A DNA stretch of 64,000 bases from an uncultured Gemmatimonadaceae bacterium (lineage in GTDB: Bacteria > Gemmatimonadota > Gemmatimonadetes > Gemmatimonadales > Gemmatimonadaceae), in the NCBI GenBank assembly GCA_963751275.1, contig CAVVTZ010000009.1:288001-352000 (forward strand), written 5' to 3'. A model generated the notes under the pieces. That model did no database searches and was not told the DNA's origin. It was given only the letters and a program-made list of their open reading frames with translations. This document shows, piece by piece, positions 21,570 through 31,317 of this stretch (position 1 is its first letter; each line of letters starts with the position of its first letter). A program made the position numbers and the translations under genes.

Positions 21570-22662
21570 TCTCCCACTAAATGGCATTCGCGTGCTCGAT
21601 TTGACGCGCGTGCTCGCCGGGCCGCTCGCGACGATGATGCTCGGCGATCTTGGCGCCGATGTCATCAAGATCGAGCGGCCGCGCACCGGCGACGAGACGC
21701 GCGGCTGGGGGCCGCCCTTCGACGCGCGCGGCGAGAGCGCGTACTTCCTCAGCGTCAATCGCAACAAGCTCAGCGTCGCCGCCGATTTCTCCATCGCCGC
21801 CGATCGCGCGCTCATCGAGCGTCTCCTCGAGCGCGCCGACGTCGTGATCGACAACTTCCTGCCCGGCGCCCTCGAGCGCGCCGGCTTCGCCCCCGACGAA
21901 CTCGTGATCCAGCGCCCGGAACTCACCTGGTGCACGATCACCGGCTTCGGCCCCGAGAGCGACCGCCCCGGCTATGACTACGTGATCCAGGCCGAGCGCG
22001 GCTGGATGGCGATCACCGGTCCTAAGGCGGGGTCGCCCACCAAGATCGGTGTCGCGCTCGCCGACGTGATCGCGGGCAAGGACGCCGCGATCGCCGTGCT
22101 CGGCGCCCTCGTCGGGCGCTATCGCACGGGGCGCGGCGCCCGGCTCTTCACGTCGCTCGCGCACAGCGCCTCGGCGGCGCTGGTGAACGTCGCGCAGAAC
22201 GCGCTCGTGAGCGGGCACGAGCCGAAGCGCTGGGGGAACGCGCACCCGAATCTCGTGCCGTACGAGATGTTCGAGGCGCGCGACCGCGGCATCGTGGTCG
22301 CCGTGGGGAGTGACGCGCAGTGGGCCGCGTGCGCGCGTGCGCTGGGCCTCGACGATCTCGCCGGCGACCCGTCGCTCGCGACCAACGCCGGCCGTCTCGC
22401 GCAGCGCACGCGCATCGCGGACGCGATCGGGGCGCGCGTGCGCGAACGCGATGCCCGCCATTGGTGCGACGCGCTCGACGCGGCGGGGGTGCCGAACGGC
22501 GTCGTGCGAGGGGTGCTCGAATCGCTCGGCGATATCGACGCGTCGGCGCTCACGGGCGTGGCGCCGCTCGCGCCGTACCTTGGCACCGTGCGCCGGCCGC
22601 CGCCCATGCTCGACGAGCACGGGGCGGCGGTGCGCGCGCGCGGCTGGGATGCCTTCGCATGA
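21562..22662 (+). CDS. CaiB/BaiF family III CoA-transferase
   Basis: RVLDLTRVLAGP, LGADVIKIE, GDETR, NRNK and PGYD. Confidence 0.92.
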   Translation: MPYLPLNGIRVLDLTRVLAGPLATMMLGDLGADVIKIERPRTGDETRGWGPPFDARGESAYFLSVNRNKLSVAADFSIAADRALIERLLERADVVIDNFLPGALERAGFAPDELVIQRPELTWCTITGFGPESDRPGYDYVIQAERGWMAITGPKAGSPTKIGVALADVIAGKDAAIAVLGALVGRYRTGRGARLFTSLAHSASAALVNVAQNALVSGHEPKRWGNAHPNLVPYEMFEARDRGIVVAVGSDAQWAACARALGLDDLAGDPSLATNAGRLAQRTRIADAIGARVRERDARHWCDALDAAGVPNGVVRGVLESLGDIDASALTGVAPLAPYLGTVRRPPPMLDEHGAAVRARGWDAFA

Positions 22663-22676
22663 GCGGCTGCTAGCGG

Positions 22677-23789
22677 GTGCGCTACCTCGGGAACAAGACG
22701 CGGCTCCTGCCGTTCATCACGGGAGCGATCGAGCGGCTGGGCATCGCGCCGGGGAGCGCGCACGACGCGTTCGCCGGCACCGCGAGCGTGGGCCGCGCGC
22801 TCAAGCAGCGCGGCTGGCGCGTGGCGTCGAGCGATCTCATGACGTATTCGTACGTCTTCCAGCGCGCGTACGTCGTGGCGCAGCGGGTGCCGAGCTTCGC
22901 CGACCTGCGTGCCGCGGACCCGGAGCTGCGCCGTGCGCTGCGAAGCGCCGGCTTCGCGCGGGCCGTCTCGGCGCGCGGCGGCGGTGCGCTGAACGCGGCG
23001 GCGGAGTACCTCGCGAAGTGGATCGAGCCCGAGACGGGCTTCGTGACGAAGAATTTCTCCCCCGACGGCGGGCGGATGTTCTTCACGGTGGAGAATGCGC
23101 GGCGCATCGACGCGGTGCGCGCGCGCCTCGAGTCGTGGCGCGCCGAGGGGCTGCTGGGCGACGACGGCTATTTCCTGCTGCTGGCGGCGCTGCTCGAGGG
23201 GGCGGACAAGGTGGCGAATACGGCGGGGGTGTACGCCGCGTACATCAAGAGCTGGCAGACGAACGCGCGGCGCGCGCTGGACCTGGTGCTGACCCCGCCG
23301 CGCCGTGGGTCGCGCGGCTCCACCGCGCACCTGGGCGACGCGGGCGCGGTGGCGGGCGCGGTGGGCGCGGTGGATCTGCTGTACGTGGATCCGCCGTACA
23401 ACTCCCGGCAGTATTCGGGTTACTATCACGTGCCGGAGTTGATCGCGCGCGGCTGGTTCGACGAGCGTCCCGCGCTGGCCGGCAAGACGGGCCTGCCGGC
23501 CCGTGGCGCCGCGCGGAGCGCCTGGTGCAGCCCCAAGCAGGCGGGCGGCGAGCTGGAGCGTCTCTTGGCCGCCACGGAGGCCACGCACGTGCTCGTGAGC
23601 TACAACTCGGAGGGGCATCTCAGCGAACAGGCGCTGCGCCGAGCATTGACCGAAGCGTCGGCCGACGGAACGGTGCGCCGGTTCGCGAAGAAATACGCGA
23701 GATATCGCGCGGATTCCGATCACGCGCGCCGAAGATATCGCGATGACGGATTGAGTGAGTGGTTGTACTACGCGCGGCTACGGCGGTGA
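22677..23789 (+). CDS. DNA adenine methyltransferase (D12 class, FokI/StsI-like)
   Basis: MRYLGNK, DAFAGTASVG (SAM binding), YVDPPYN and VSYNSEG. Confidence 0.88.
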   Translation: MRYLGNKTRLLPFITGAIERLGIAPGSAHDAFAGTASVGRALKQRGWRVASSDLMTYSYVFQRAYVVAQRVPSFADLRAADPELRRALRSAGFARAVSARGGGALNAAAEYLAKWIEPETGFVTKNFSPDGGRMFFTVENARRIDAVRARLESWRAEGLLGDDGYFLLLAALLEGADKVANTAGVYAAYIKSWQTNARRALDLVLTPPRRGSRGSTAHLGDAGAVAGAVGAVDLLYVDPPYNSRQYSGYYHVPELIARGWFDERPALAGKTGLPARGAARSAWCSPKQAGGELERLLAATEATHVLVSYNSEGHLSEQALRRALTEASADGTVRRFAKKYARYRADSDHARRRYRDDGLSEWLYYARLRR

Positions 23790-23972
23790 CACGTTTGCGG
23801 TTGCGGATAGTCGAGAGGGAGTCGTTGGTCGTACGCGTTTAGCACTGTTACTCCGCGCTCGGAAATTCGTCTTCTAAGCATGGCGACTGCTGCTCGACCG
23901 CAGGTTCGGTCCAGGGCCCGGATTCCAGGGCTGTCCGTAGGGCGAACAAAGCGTTACACTTTTGCTGTGAAG

Positions 23973-24536
23973 ATGAGTGTAATGGCCTCCCGCCCCGCGG
24001 ATCCGCTCGAGGCGGATCATGAAGTGATCGCCCGTGTATTGCAGGGTGATCGCAACGCCTTCGGCTCCCTGATCGGCCGCTACAGCGATCCGCTGTACCG
24101 CCATGCTTTGGGAATGACAGGCAGTCCGGACGTCGCCGAAGACATCCTGCAAGCCTCGTTCATCAAGGCCCACGCGCACCTCGCCGAGGTGCATGGGCGG
24201 TTCGATGCTTGGATCTTTCGGATCGTGGCGAATGGGTGCAAGGATTGGCTCAAGAACATTCGCCGGACGCACCTGAGCTATGAGGAGGACGACCAGCCGT
24301 CGTCCTTCGCGACACCGGAAGACGAACTGGATCGTACGGAGCTCAGGTCGGATCTCGACCGGGCGCTGCAGGCACTGGCGCCGTCGCTCCGAGAAGCTTT
24401 CGTGATGAAGCATGTGGAAGGACGGTCATACGAGGAGATGGCCGACCTGCTGGGCACGACCGTCGGAGCGCTGAAAATGCGCGTCCACCGCGCGCGTGAA
24501 GCTCTCCAAGCCCTTCTCGAGGATAAGTACGCATAA
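23973..24536 (+). CDS. ECF RNA polymerase sigma factor
   Basis: AEDILQASF, WIFRIVAN and SYEEMADLLGTTVGALKMRVHRAR; start 23973 or 23982. Confidence 0.92.
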   Translation: MSVMASRPADPLEADHEVIARVLQGDRNAFGSLIGRYSDPLYRHALGMTGSPDVAEDILQASFIKAHAHLAEVHGRFDAWIFRIVANGCKDWLKNIRRTHLSYEEDDQPSSFATPEDELDRTELRSDLDRALQALAPSLREAFVMKHVEGRSYEEMADLLGTTVGALKMRVHRAREALQALLEDKYA

Positions 24537-24952
24537 TGCTAGACAACCTGGATCCAAAAGAGCCGCGGACGCCGAAGACGCGTGAGACGCCTATTGAACA
24601 GCGCCCGCTTGCCGACCGCGAAGTGCCCCTCACGGGCCGCGCCGGCGCTGCCTCCCTGCATGCGTGGCTCGACGGCGAGATGCCCGAGAGCGCGGCGCGC
24701 GTGGGCGACGTGACGCGCGACGTGGACTTCTGGGTGCGCCTGGAAGGCGATCTGAAGGCGCGCCGCCAGATGAGCGCGCCGGCCGATCTGCAGGGCCGCA
24801 TCATGAACGCCATCGGGACGGCCTCGCCGGCCTCGGCGGCCAAGTGGTACGCCCGCAACGTCACGCTGACGGTGCCGGTCGCGACCGCCGCGGCGACGGG
24901 GCTGTTCCTGCTCGGATTGCTTGCCGGCGTAGCATATTACTACGCCCGCTGA
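24536..24952 (+). CDS. Putative anti-sigma factor (single TM)
   Basis: TAATG overlap with the sigma gene; LHAWLDGE motif; C-terminal TM helix. Confidence 0.65.
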   Translation: MLDNLDPKEPRTPKTRETPIEQRPLADREVPLTGRAGAASLHAWLDGEMPESAARVGDVTRDVDFWVRLEGDLKARRQMSAPADLQGRIMNAIGTASPASAAKWYARNVTLTVPVATAAATGLFLLGLLAGVAYYYAR

Positions 24953-24972
24953 GCTCCGCTCGCTGAATTGAG

Positions 24973-25009
24973 AAGCCGGCTCCCTTCGGGGAGCCGGCTT
25001 TTTTCTTTT
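24973..25009 (+). terminator. Rho-independent terminator
   Basis: aagccggctccc-ttcg-gggagccggctt followed by a T-tract. Confidence 0.9.
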
Positions 25010-25168
25010 CGGAGTGGGGAATTCCTGCTGGACCAACGGGGGCGACGTTGGACGTTAGCCCGCGTGTTGCGTGGGGAATGAGAGTGGCCCCACTCTCAGC
25101 TCCCAGCATCCACGCGGGCTAACGTCCAACGTCGCCATTCGTTGGTCCAGCAGGAATTCCCCACTCCG
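25010..25168. repeat. Family I: three-segment long hairpin
   Basis: Perfect stems 25010-25038/25140-25168 (29 bp), 25041-25066/25111-25136 (26 bp) and 25079-25087/25090-25098. Confidence 0.95.
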
Positions 25169-25176
25169 TCGTTGTC

Positions 25177-25647
25177 TTATCGCGACAGCCTTCTCTCGAG
25201 GATGATCAGGTCCACGCGAGACCGGTAGAAATTCCTGATGCGCCCGGATTCGGTGAATCGGCACGCGAGGAAGAGCTTGAGCGCGGGCGCCAGCGCCGGA
25301 TCGCCCGGCAGCTCCACGATCAGCAGCCGCGCGCCACGCGAGCGCAGCACGTCGCACGCGCCGGCCACCAGAGCCGTTCCCAGGCCCCTCCGGCGCCGCG
25401 CCGGGTGCACGCTCACGCCCGCGACGGCTGCCGTCCCCTCGGCGCCCGCGATGTCCTCCGCGAGGATCACGCCGGCGAGTTCGCCGCGCTCCTCCCAGCC
25501 GAGCGCGAGGTCCGCGCCCTGGTCGAGCACGTCGCGCGCCTTCGCCAAGTAGCGCGACAGCACCACATCGCCCGCGAGCAGCGCGCGCGCGGCGCGGTGA
25601 TCCTCCGGCGCGAGGGGGCGGACGCCGGCCGGATCGAGCGGGGTCAG
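25177..25647 (-). CDS. GNAT-family N-acetyltransferase
   Basis: VHPARRRRGLG acetyl-CoA motif; frame is open back to CTG 25647 overlapping the lpdA stop (ORF track starts at 25566). Confidence 0.8.
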   Translation of the reverse strand: MTPLDPAGVRPLAPEDHRAARALLAGDVVLSRYLAKARDVLDQGADLALGWEERGELAGVILAEDIAGAEGTAAVAGVSVHPARRRRGLGTALVAGACDVLRSRGARLLIVELPGDPALAPALKLFLACRFTESGRIRNFYRSRVDLIILERRLSR

Positions 25648-27047
25648 ATGTGGATCGCCCGCCCCATCACGCCCAGCGCGGCTTCCTTCATCGTCTCGCT
25701 CAGCGTGGGGTGCGCGTGCACGGTGAGCGCGATGTCCTCGCTCGAGCCGTGGAATTCCATCGCCAGCGCGGCCTCGGCCACCAGCTCCGAAACGTTGGGC
25801 CCAATGAGCTGGGCGCCCAGCAGCCGGTCCGTGCTCGCGTCGGCAATGAGCTTGATGAACCCGGTGTTCTCACCGGCGGTGCGCGCCCGGCCGTTCGCGG
25901 AGAAGGGGAATCGTCCCGTCTTGTACGCGACGCCGCTCTCCTTCACCTGCTGCTCGGTGAGCCCGACCGACGCGATCTCCGGCCACGTATAGACGATCGC
26001 GGGGATCGCGCCGTAGTGCATGTGCACGTTCTGCCCCGCGATCACTTCGGCGGCGATCACGCCCTCCTCTTCGGCCTTGTGCGCGAGGAGCATCCCGCCC
26101 ACGGCATCGCCGATCGCATAGACGTGCGGCAGGTTCGTGCGCATCCGGTCATCCACGGCGATCTCGCCGCGCGCACCCAGCTTGAGCCCGAGCGCGCCGG
26201 CATCGACGCCGGTGAGCGACGGCTTGCGGCCCACGGCCACGAGGACGTAGTCGGCGTCGAGGGTCTCGGTCGCGCCATTCTTCTCGACGGTCACGAGCAC
26301 TTTCTTCTTCTCGATCTTCGCGCCGGTCACCTTGGTGGCCGTGCGCAGATCCAGCCCCTGCTTCTTGAACGCGCGCTCGGCTTCCTTCACCACGTCGGTG
26401 TCATAGCCCGGCAAGATATTCGGCAGGAGTTCGACGACGGTCACCTGCGCGCCGAGGCGGCGCCAGACGGAGCCGAGCTCGAGACCGATCACGCCGCCGC
26501 CGATCACGACCAAGTGCCGCGGGACCTCGGCGAGCCGGAGCGCGCCGATGTTCGAGAGCACGCGCTCCTCGTCGAACTTGAGGAAGGGGAGCTCCACCGG
26601 CACGGAACCGGTGGCGAGGATCACGTCGGCGGCGCGGTAGGTCGTGACGGCGCCATCGGCGGCCTTCACATCCACGAGATTGCCGGCGCGCAGCGTGCCG
26701 GTGCCCTTGGCCCACGTGACCTTGTTCTTCTTGAAGAGGTACTCGACGCCATTCGTGTTCGCGAGCACCACGGCGTCCTTCCGCCTCTGCATCGTGGGCA
26801 GGTCGAGCACGGGCTTGCCCAGCACGATGCCGTGCGCCGCGGCGTCGTGGCCGGCGAACTCGAAGTGGTGCGAGCTCTCGAGGAGCGCCTTGCTCGGGAT
26901 GCAGCCGACGTTCACGCAGGTGCCGCCGAGCGTCTTGTCGCGCTCGACGCAGACGACGGTCTTGCCGAGCTGGGCGGCGCGGATCGCGGCGACGTAGCCG
27001 CCGGGCCCGCCGCCGAGCACGAGCACATCGCAAGCTTGTTCGGCCAT
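25644..27047 (-). CDS. lpdA: Dihydrolipoyl dehydrogenase
   Basis: GGGPGGY, GGTCVNVGCIPSK and HAHPTLSE. Confidence 0.96.
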   Translation of the reverse strand: MAEQACDVLVLGGGPGGYVAAIRAAQLGKTVVCVERDKTLGGTCVNVGCIPSKALLESSHHFEFAGHDAAAHGIVLGKPVLDLPTMQRRKDAVVLANTNGVEYLFKKNKVTWAKGTGTLRAGNLVDVKAADGAVTTYRAADVILATGSVPVELPFLKFDEERVLSNIGALRLAEVPRHLVVIGGGVIGLELGSVWRRLGAQVTVVELLPNILPGYDTDVVKEAERAFKKQGLDLRTATKVTGAKIEKKKVLVTVEKNGATETLDADYVLVAVGRKPSLTGVDAGALGLKLGARGEIAVDDRMRTNLPHVYAIGDAVGGMLLAHKAEEEGVIAAEVIAGQNVHMHYGAIPAIVYTWPEIASVGLTEQQVKESGVAYKTGRFPFSANGRARTAGENTGFIKLIADASTDRLLGAQLIGPNVSELVAEAALAMEFHGSSEDIALTVHAHPTLSETMKEAALGVMGRAIHI

Positions 27048-27051
27048 GGCG

Positions 27052-28290
27052 CTACTCGACGAGCATGGAGGCCGGGTCTTCCAGCAGCTCCTTCATGCGC
27101 ACGAGGAAGAGCACGGCGTGCTGCCCTTCGACGATGCGATGGTCGTACGAGAGCGCGAGGTACATCATGGGGCGGATCACGACTTGGCCGTCGAGGGCCA
27201 CAGGGCGCTCCTGGATCTTGTGGAGGCCGAGGATGCCCGACTGCGGGGAATTGAGTATCGGCGTGGAGACGAGCGAGCCGAAGACACCGCCGTTGGTGAT
27301 CGTGAAGGTGCCGCCGGTGAGGTCATCCATCGTGAGCTTGCCGTCGCGCGCGCGCTTGGCGGTGGCGGCGAGTTCGCGGCTGAACTGGAGCATGCCCATC
27401 TGGTCGGCGTCCTTGATGACGGGGACGACGAGGCCCTGGTCGCTGGCGACGGCGATGCCGAGGTTCACGTAATGCTTGTAGACGATCGTGTCGCCTTCCA
27501 CCTGCGCGTTGATGCGCGGGTAGGCCTCGAGCGCCATGCATGCGGCCTTCGCGAAGAAGGGCATGAAGGTGAGCTTGACCCCGTGCTCCTTCTCGATGCG
27601 TTCCTTGAGGCGGTCGCGGACGGCGATGACCGCGTTCATGTCCACTTCGTTGAAGGTGGTGAGGTGGGCGGTGGAGTGCTGGGATTCGAGGAGGTGCTCG
27701 GCGATGCGCTTCCGGCGAGTCGTCATCTTCTCGCGCGTCTCGCGGTCTCCAGTCGGTACGGCAGACTGGGATTTTGGACTTGGGACGCTAGAAGGTGACG
27801 GCGGGGCCGCGGGCGGAGCGGCGGGGCGGAGCATGTCGTCCTTGGTCACACGGCCTTTGGGGCCGGTGGCTTGGACGGTCGCGGGGTCGATGCCGGTCTC
27901 GTCGGCGATGCGGCGGACGGAAGGCGACGTGGGGGCGGCGACTGCGGACTGACGACTGACGACTGAAGCAGGCGGGGCTGCCGGCTTCGCGGCGGCCGCG
28001 GCGGGCTGCGCCGCCGCGGGGACTGCGACGGTGGGAGTGGGAGTAGGAGCCGATGCGGTCTCGTCGATCGTGCCGAGTTCGTCGTCGACCTTCACCGTGT
28101 CGCCCTCGGCGTGGGCGCGCTTGGTGAGGACGCCGGCTTTGAAGGCCGGGACCTCGACGGTGATCTTGTCGGTCTCGAGCTCCACGAGCGTCTCGCCCTG
28201 GGCGACGGCGTCGCCTTCCTTCTTCAGCCATCGGGCGATCGTGGCTTCGACGATCGACTCCCCGAGCGGCGGTACCTTGATCGAGATCAT
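27052..28290 (-). CDS. sucB: Dihydrolipoyllysine succinyltransferase (2-oxoglutarate dehydrogenase E2)
   Basis: Lipoyl ETDK, E3-binding [26 protein letters not shown] and SYDHRIV. Confidence 0.93.
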   Translation of the reverse strand: MISIKVPPLGESIVEATIARWLKKEGDAVAQGETLVELETDKITVEVPAFKAGVLTKRAHAEGDTVKVDDELGTIDETASAPTPTPTVAVPAAAQPAAAAAKPAAPPASVVSRQSAVAAPTSPSVRRIADETGIDPATVQATGPKGRVTKDDMLRPAAPPAAPPSPSSVPSPKSQSAVPTGDRETREKMTTRRKRIAEHLLESQHSTAHLTTFNEVDMNAVIAVRDRLKERIEKEHGVKLTFMPFFAKAACMALEAYPRINAQVEGDTIVYKHYVNLGIAVASDQGLVVPVIKDADQMGMLQFSRELAATAKRARDGKLTMDDLTGGTFTITNGGVFGSLVSTPILNSPQSGILGLHKIQERPVALDGQVVIRPMMYLALSYDHRIVEGQHAVLFLVRMKELLEDPASMLVE

Positions 28291-28377
28291 GGGCCGGTGT
28301 GCGGGTGCGGCGCGCGTTGCTGGCTGCGCGGCGGGCCAGTAGGATTCAGCGACTCAATATAACCCGGGCCACCACTC

Positions 28378-29421
28378 GTGCGAGCACTCACGATCTCCGC
28401 GCACGGCGGAATCGAGCGGATCACTTACAAGACGGATGTGGCCGAGCCGGCGATCGCGGCGCCGACGGAAGTGCGCGTGCGCATCCACGCGGCGGCGCTG
28501 AATCATCTCGATCTGTTCGTGGTGAATGGCGTGCCCGGGGTGACGATCACGAAGGACTGGATCCTTGGCGCGGACGGCGCCGGCGTCGTGGATGCGGTGG
28601 GGTCCGCCGTGACGAACGTGAAGCCGGGGGACCGGGTGCTGCTCAATCCCGGCGTCAGCTGCCGCGAGTGCGAATACTGCCGCGAGGGCGACCAACCGCT
28701 CTGCGTGAAATACGGCATCCTCGGCGAGCACCGCCCGGGAACGCTCGCCGATCTCATCGTGGTGCCCGCAGTGAACGCGTACGTGATCCCGGCGGACGTG
28801 AGCTGGGAGGTCGCGGCGGCCTTCCCGCTCGCGACGCTCACGGCGTGGCGCATGCTCGTGTCGCGCGCGAAGCTGCGCGCGGGGGAGACCGTGCTGATCT
28901 GGGGGATCGGTGGCGGTGTGGCGCTGGCGGCGCTGCAGATCGCGAAGCGGATCGGTGCGCGCGTCTTCGTCACGTCGGGGAGCGCCGAGAAGCTGGCACG
29001 CGCGAGGGCACTGGGCGCGGACGAGACGTTCGACCATCATCAACAGGACGTGGCGAAGGAGATCCGCGCGCTGACCGCCAAGCGGGGCGTGGATGTCGTG
29101 GTGGACAACGTGGGCGCGGCGACGTGGAAGCGATCGCTCCTCGCGCTCGGAAAGCGGGGCCGCCTCGTGACGTGCGGCGGCACGTCGGGGCCGATCGTGG
29201 AGTCCGATGTGCGGCGGATGTTCTGGAACCACCTCACGCTCATGGGGAGCACGATGGGAAATGACGCGGAGTTCGCGGCGATCATGGGGGCGCTCGCGGA
29301 GGGCGCACTCGTGCCTCCGGTGGACTCGGTGTTCCCGCTCGCGGAGGGGCGTGCGGCGTTCGCGCGGCTCGAGAGCGCGCAGCAATTCGGGAAGATCGTG
29401 GTGCGGGTGGCCGGCGCATGA
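28378..29421 (+). CDS. Zinc-binding alcohol dehydrogenase / quinone oxidoreductase family
   Basis: LNHLD, CRECEYC...C structural Zn site, GIGGGV and GKIV. Confidence 0.88.
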   Translation: MRALTISAHGGIERITYKTDVAEPAIAAPTEVRVRIHAAALNHLDLFVVNGVPGVTITKDWILGADGAGVVDAVGSAVTNVKPGDRVLLNPGVSCRECEYCREGDQPLCVKYGILGEHRPGTLADLIVVPAVNAYVIPADVSWEVAAAFPLATLTAWRMLVSRAKLRAGETVLIWGIGGGVALAALQIAKRIGARVFVTSGSAEKLARARALGADETFDHHQQDVAKEIRALTAKRGVDVVVDNVGAATWKRSLLALGKRGRLVTCGGTSGPIVESDVRRMFWNHLTLMGSTMGNDAEFAAIMGALAEGALVPPVDSVFPLAEGRAAFARLESAQQFGKIVVRVAGA

Positions 29422-29798
29422 AGATGCCGCTGCCGTCGCGCTATGCCGACTACGACACGAAGGGGCACGTGAACAACGCCGTGTATCTCACCTATTTCGA
29501 GATGGCGCGTCACGCGGCGTGGGTGGAGCAGATGGGCGGCGGCGCGGACTTCCCGTTCATCATCGCCGAGGCGACGGTGAAGTACGTGAGCGAGGCGATG
29601 ATCGGCGAACCGCTCGAGATCGAGATGGTCACGAGCGAGGTCCGCACCAAGGCGTGGGTCTGGTCGTACATCATTCGCGACCGGCGGGACGCGCGGGTGG
29701 TGGCCGAGGGGAAGACGGTGCAGGTGATGTATGATTATGCGGGGCGCAAGACGATCCCGATCCCCGATGCGTTCCGCGCGCAGTTGTTGGGCGTCTGA
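29418..29798 (+). CDS. Acyl-CoA thioesterase (4HBT/YbgC-like)
   Basis: DYDTKGHVNNAVYLTYFEMAR. Confidence 0.9.
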   Translation: MKMPLPSRYADYDTKGHVNNAVYLTYFEMARHAAWVEQMGGGADFPFIIAEATVKYVSEAMIGEPLEIEMVTSEVRTKAWVWSYIIRDRRDARVVAEGKTVQVMYDYAGRKTIPIPDAFRAQLLGV

Positions 29799-29800
29799 GC

Positions 29801-30025
29801 GTGGCCGAGCACGCGCGCTACGAGTCGGCCGAGGAGCAGGCGATGCGTGATACGATCGCCGCGGGCAGGGCGCCTGAATGTCCGCGCTGCCACGTGGCGA
29901 TGACGGAGCGCGCGATCGGGGGCGGGAGCTTCGGTCTCGGCTACGCCCGGCGGCGGCAGTGGTACATTTGTCCGCAGTGCCGGCGCAGCGCCATCTTCAA
30001 TGTGAAACGGGGGACACGCACGTGA
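29801..30025 (+). CDS. Small zinc-ribbon protein
   Basis: CPRC...CPQC; packed between operon genes. Confidence 0.7.
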   Translation: MAEHARYESAEEQAMRDTIAAGRAPECPRCHVAMTERAIGGGSFGLGYARRRQWYICPQCRRSAIFNVKRGTRT

Positions 30026-31317
30026 AGGGAACCGCCACGACGGAGGTCCGGACCATGGGCCGTTCGCACCGCTTCGCGCAGTGGGTGCCGCTCGTGCTGC
30101 TCGCGCTGGGCGCGGCAGCGTGCGGCGAGACCAGGATCCACGCGCCGCCGCCGCCCCCGCCGATGTCGGGGGGCGATGCATCCACGCCCGAGCTGCCGGC
30201 CACGACGCCGGCGCCGCCCTTCCTCTCGCTCGTCGCGGGCGGCGACGTCTCCTGCGGCATCGTGGGCGAGGGCGATCTGTACTGCTGGGGGCGGAACGAT
30301 CTCGGCCAGGTGGGCGACGGCACGGGCGTGCAGCGCATGCTGCCGGTGCCGGTGGGGAAGGGGCAGAAGTGGCTCGCGGTGGCGCCGGGCGGGTCGCACA
30401 CGTGCGCGCTCGCGGAGAAGGGCGCCACGTATTGCTGGGGTTCGGGATTGTACGGCGAGATCGGCAACGACACGATCGGGCAGACGCTCGCGCCGATCCA
30501 CGTGGCCACGGTGCCGCCGTTCGTATCGATCGCGAGCGGCGAGAATCATTCGTGCGGGCTGACCGCCGCGGGCACGCTCTGGTGCTGGGGCGACAACCGG
30601 CACGGCGAGCTCGGGCGCGGCGACACGCTGCCCGCGCACAAGGCGGTGCCGGTAGCGCCGGGGATCACTTTCCGTTCGATGACGCTGGGCGGGCACGCGA
30701 CCTGCGCGGTGACGACCGACGCCAAGCTGTACTGCTGGGGCCTCGACAACGGCGGCGCGCTCGGCTATCTGGCGACGTCCATCTGTGAGGAGAGCGCCGG
30801 GGTGACCAGCGTATGCGCGCTGTCGCCGCGGCGCAGCGCCGCCGATTCGCTCGTGCGCCACGCGGCGCTCGGATACGAGCACGCATGCTCCCTCACGCCC
30901 GGGGGCACGGCGCGATGCTGGGGGACCAACGGCGGCGGCGAGCTGGGCACCGGGAGCCGCGACTCGGCCGGCCCGAGCCCGGTGGCGGGCGATCTGCATT
31001 TCGCCGCGGTCGCGGCGGGCGTCGCGTTCACGTGCGGCCTCGCGAAGGAGGGCGATCTCTACTGCTGGGGGACCAATTCCGAGGGACAGACGGGCACCGG
31101 CTCGGGCGCGGACTCGCCGCTGCCGACGATCGTGCAGAGCCCGTCGCGCTTCGTCACCGTGAGCGCGGGACGCCAGCATGCGTGCGCGATCACGACCGAG
31201 CACGCGGGCTATTGTTGGGGCGATGATTCGTTCGGGCAGGTGGGCGGCATCGCGAAGCGGCGCAGCTTCACGCCGGACCTCGTCGTCTTCCCCCAGGCGG
31301 ACACGACCTCGCAATGA
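30022..31317 (+). CDS. RCC1/BLIP-II repeat lipoprotein
   Basis: Seven (H/F)xC..G..yCWG.N..G.LG repeats; lipobox AAAC; start 30022 or 30055. Confidence 0.88.
   Translation: MKGTATTEVRTMGRSHRFAQWVPLVLLALGAAACGETRIHAPPPPPPMSGGDASTPELPATTPAPPFLSLVAGGDVSCGIVGEGDLYCWGRNDLGQVGDGTGVQRMLPVPVGKGQKWLAVAPGGSHTCALAEKGATYCWGSGLYGEIGNDTIGQTLAPIHVATVPPFVSIASGENHSCGLTAAGTLWCWGDNRHGELGRGDTLPAHKAVPVAPGITFRSMTLGGHATCAVTTDAKLYCWGLDNGGALGYLATSICEESAGVTSVCALSPRRSAADSLVRHAALGYEHACSLTPGGTARCWGTNGGGELGTGSRDSAGPSPVAGDLHFAAVAAGVAFTCGLAKEGDLYCWGTNSEGQTGTGSGADSPLPTIVQSPSRFVTVSAGRQHACAITTEHAGYCWGDDSFGQVGGIAKRRSFTPDLVVFPQADTTSQ

Noticed and set aside
23954..23982. ttacact/agtgtaa inverted repeat over the sigma-factor start
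   Set aside because: Only 7 bp; could be regulatory but cannot be separated from chance.
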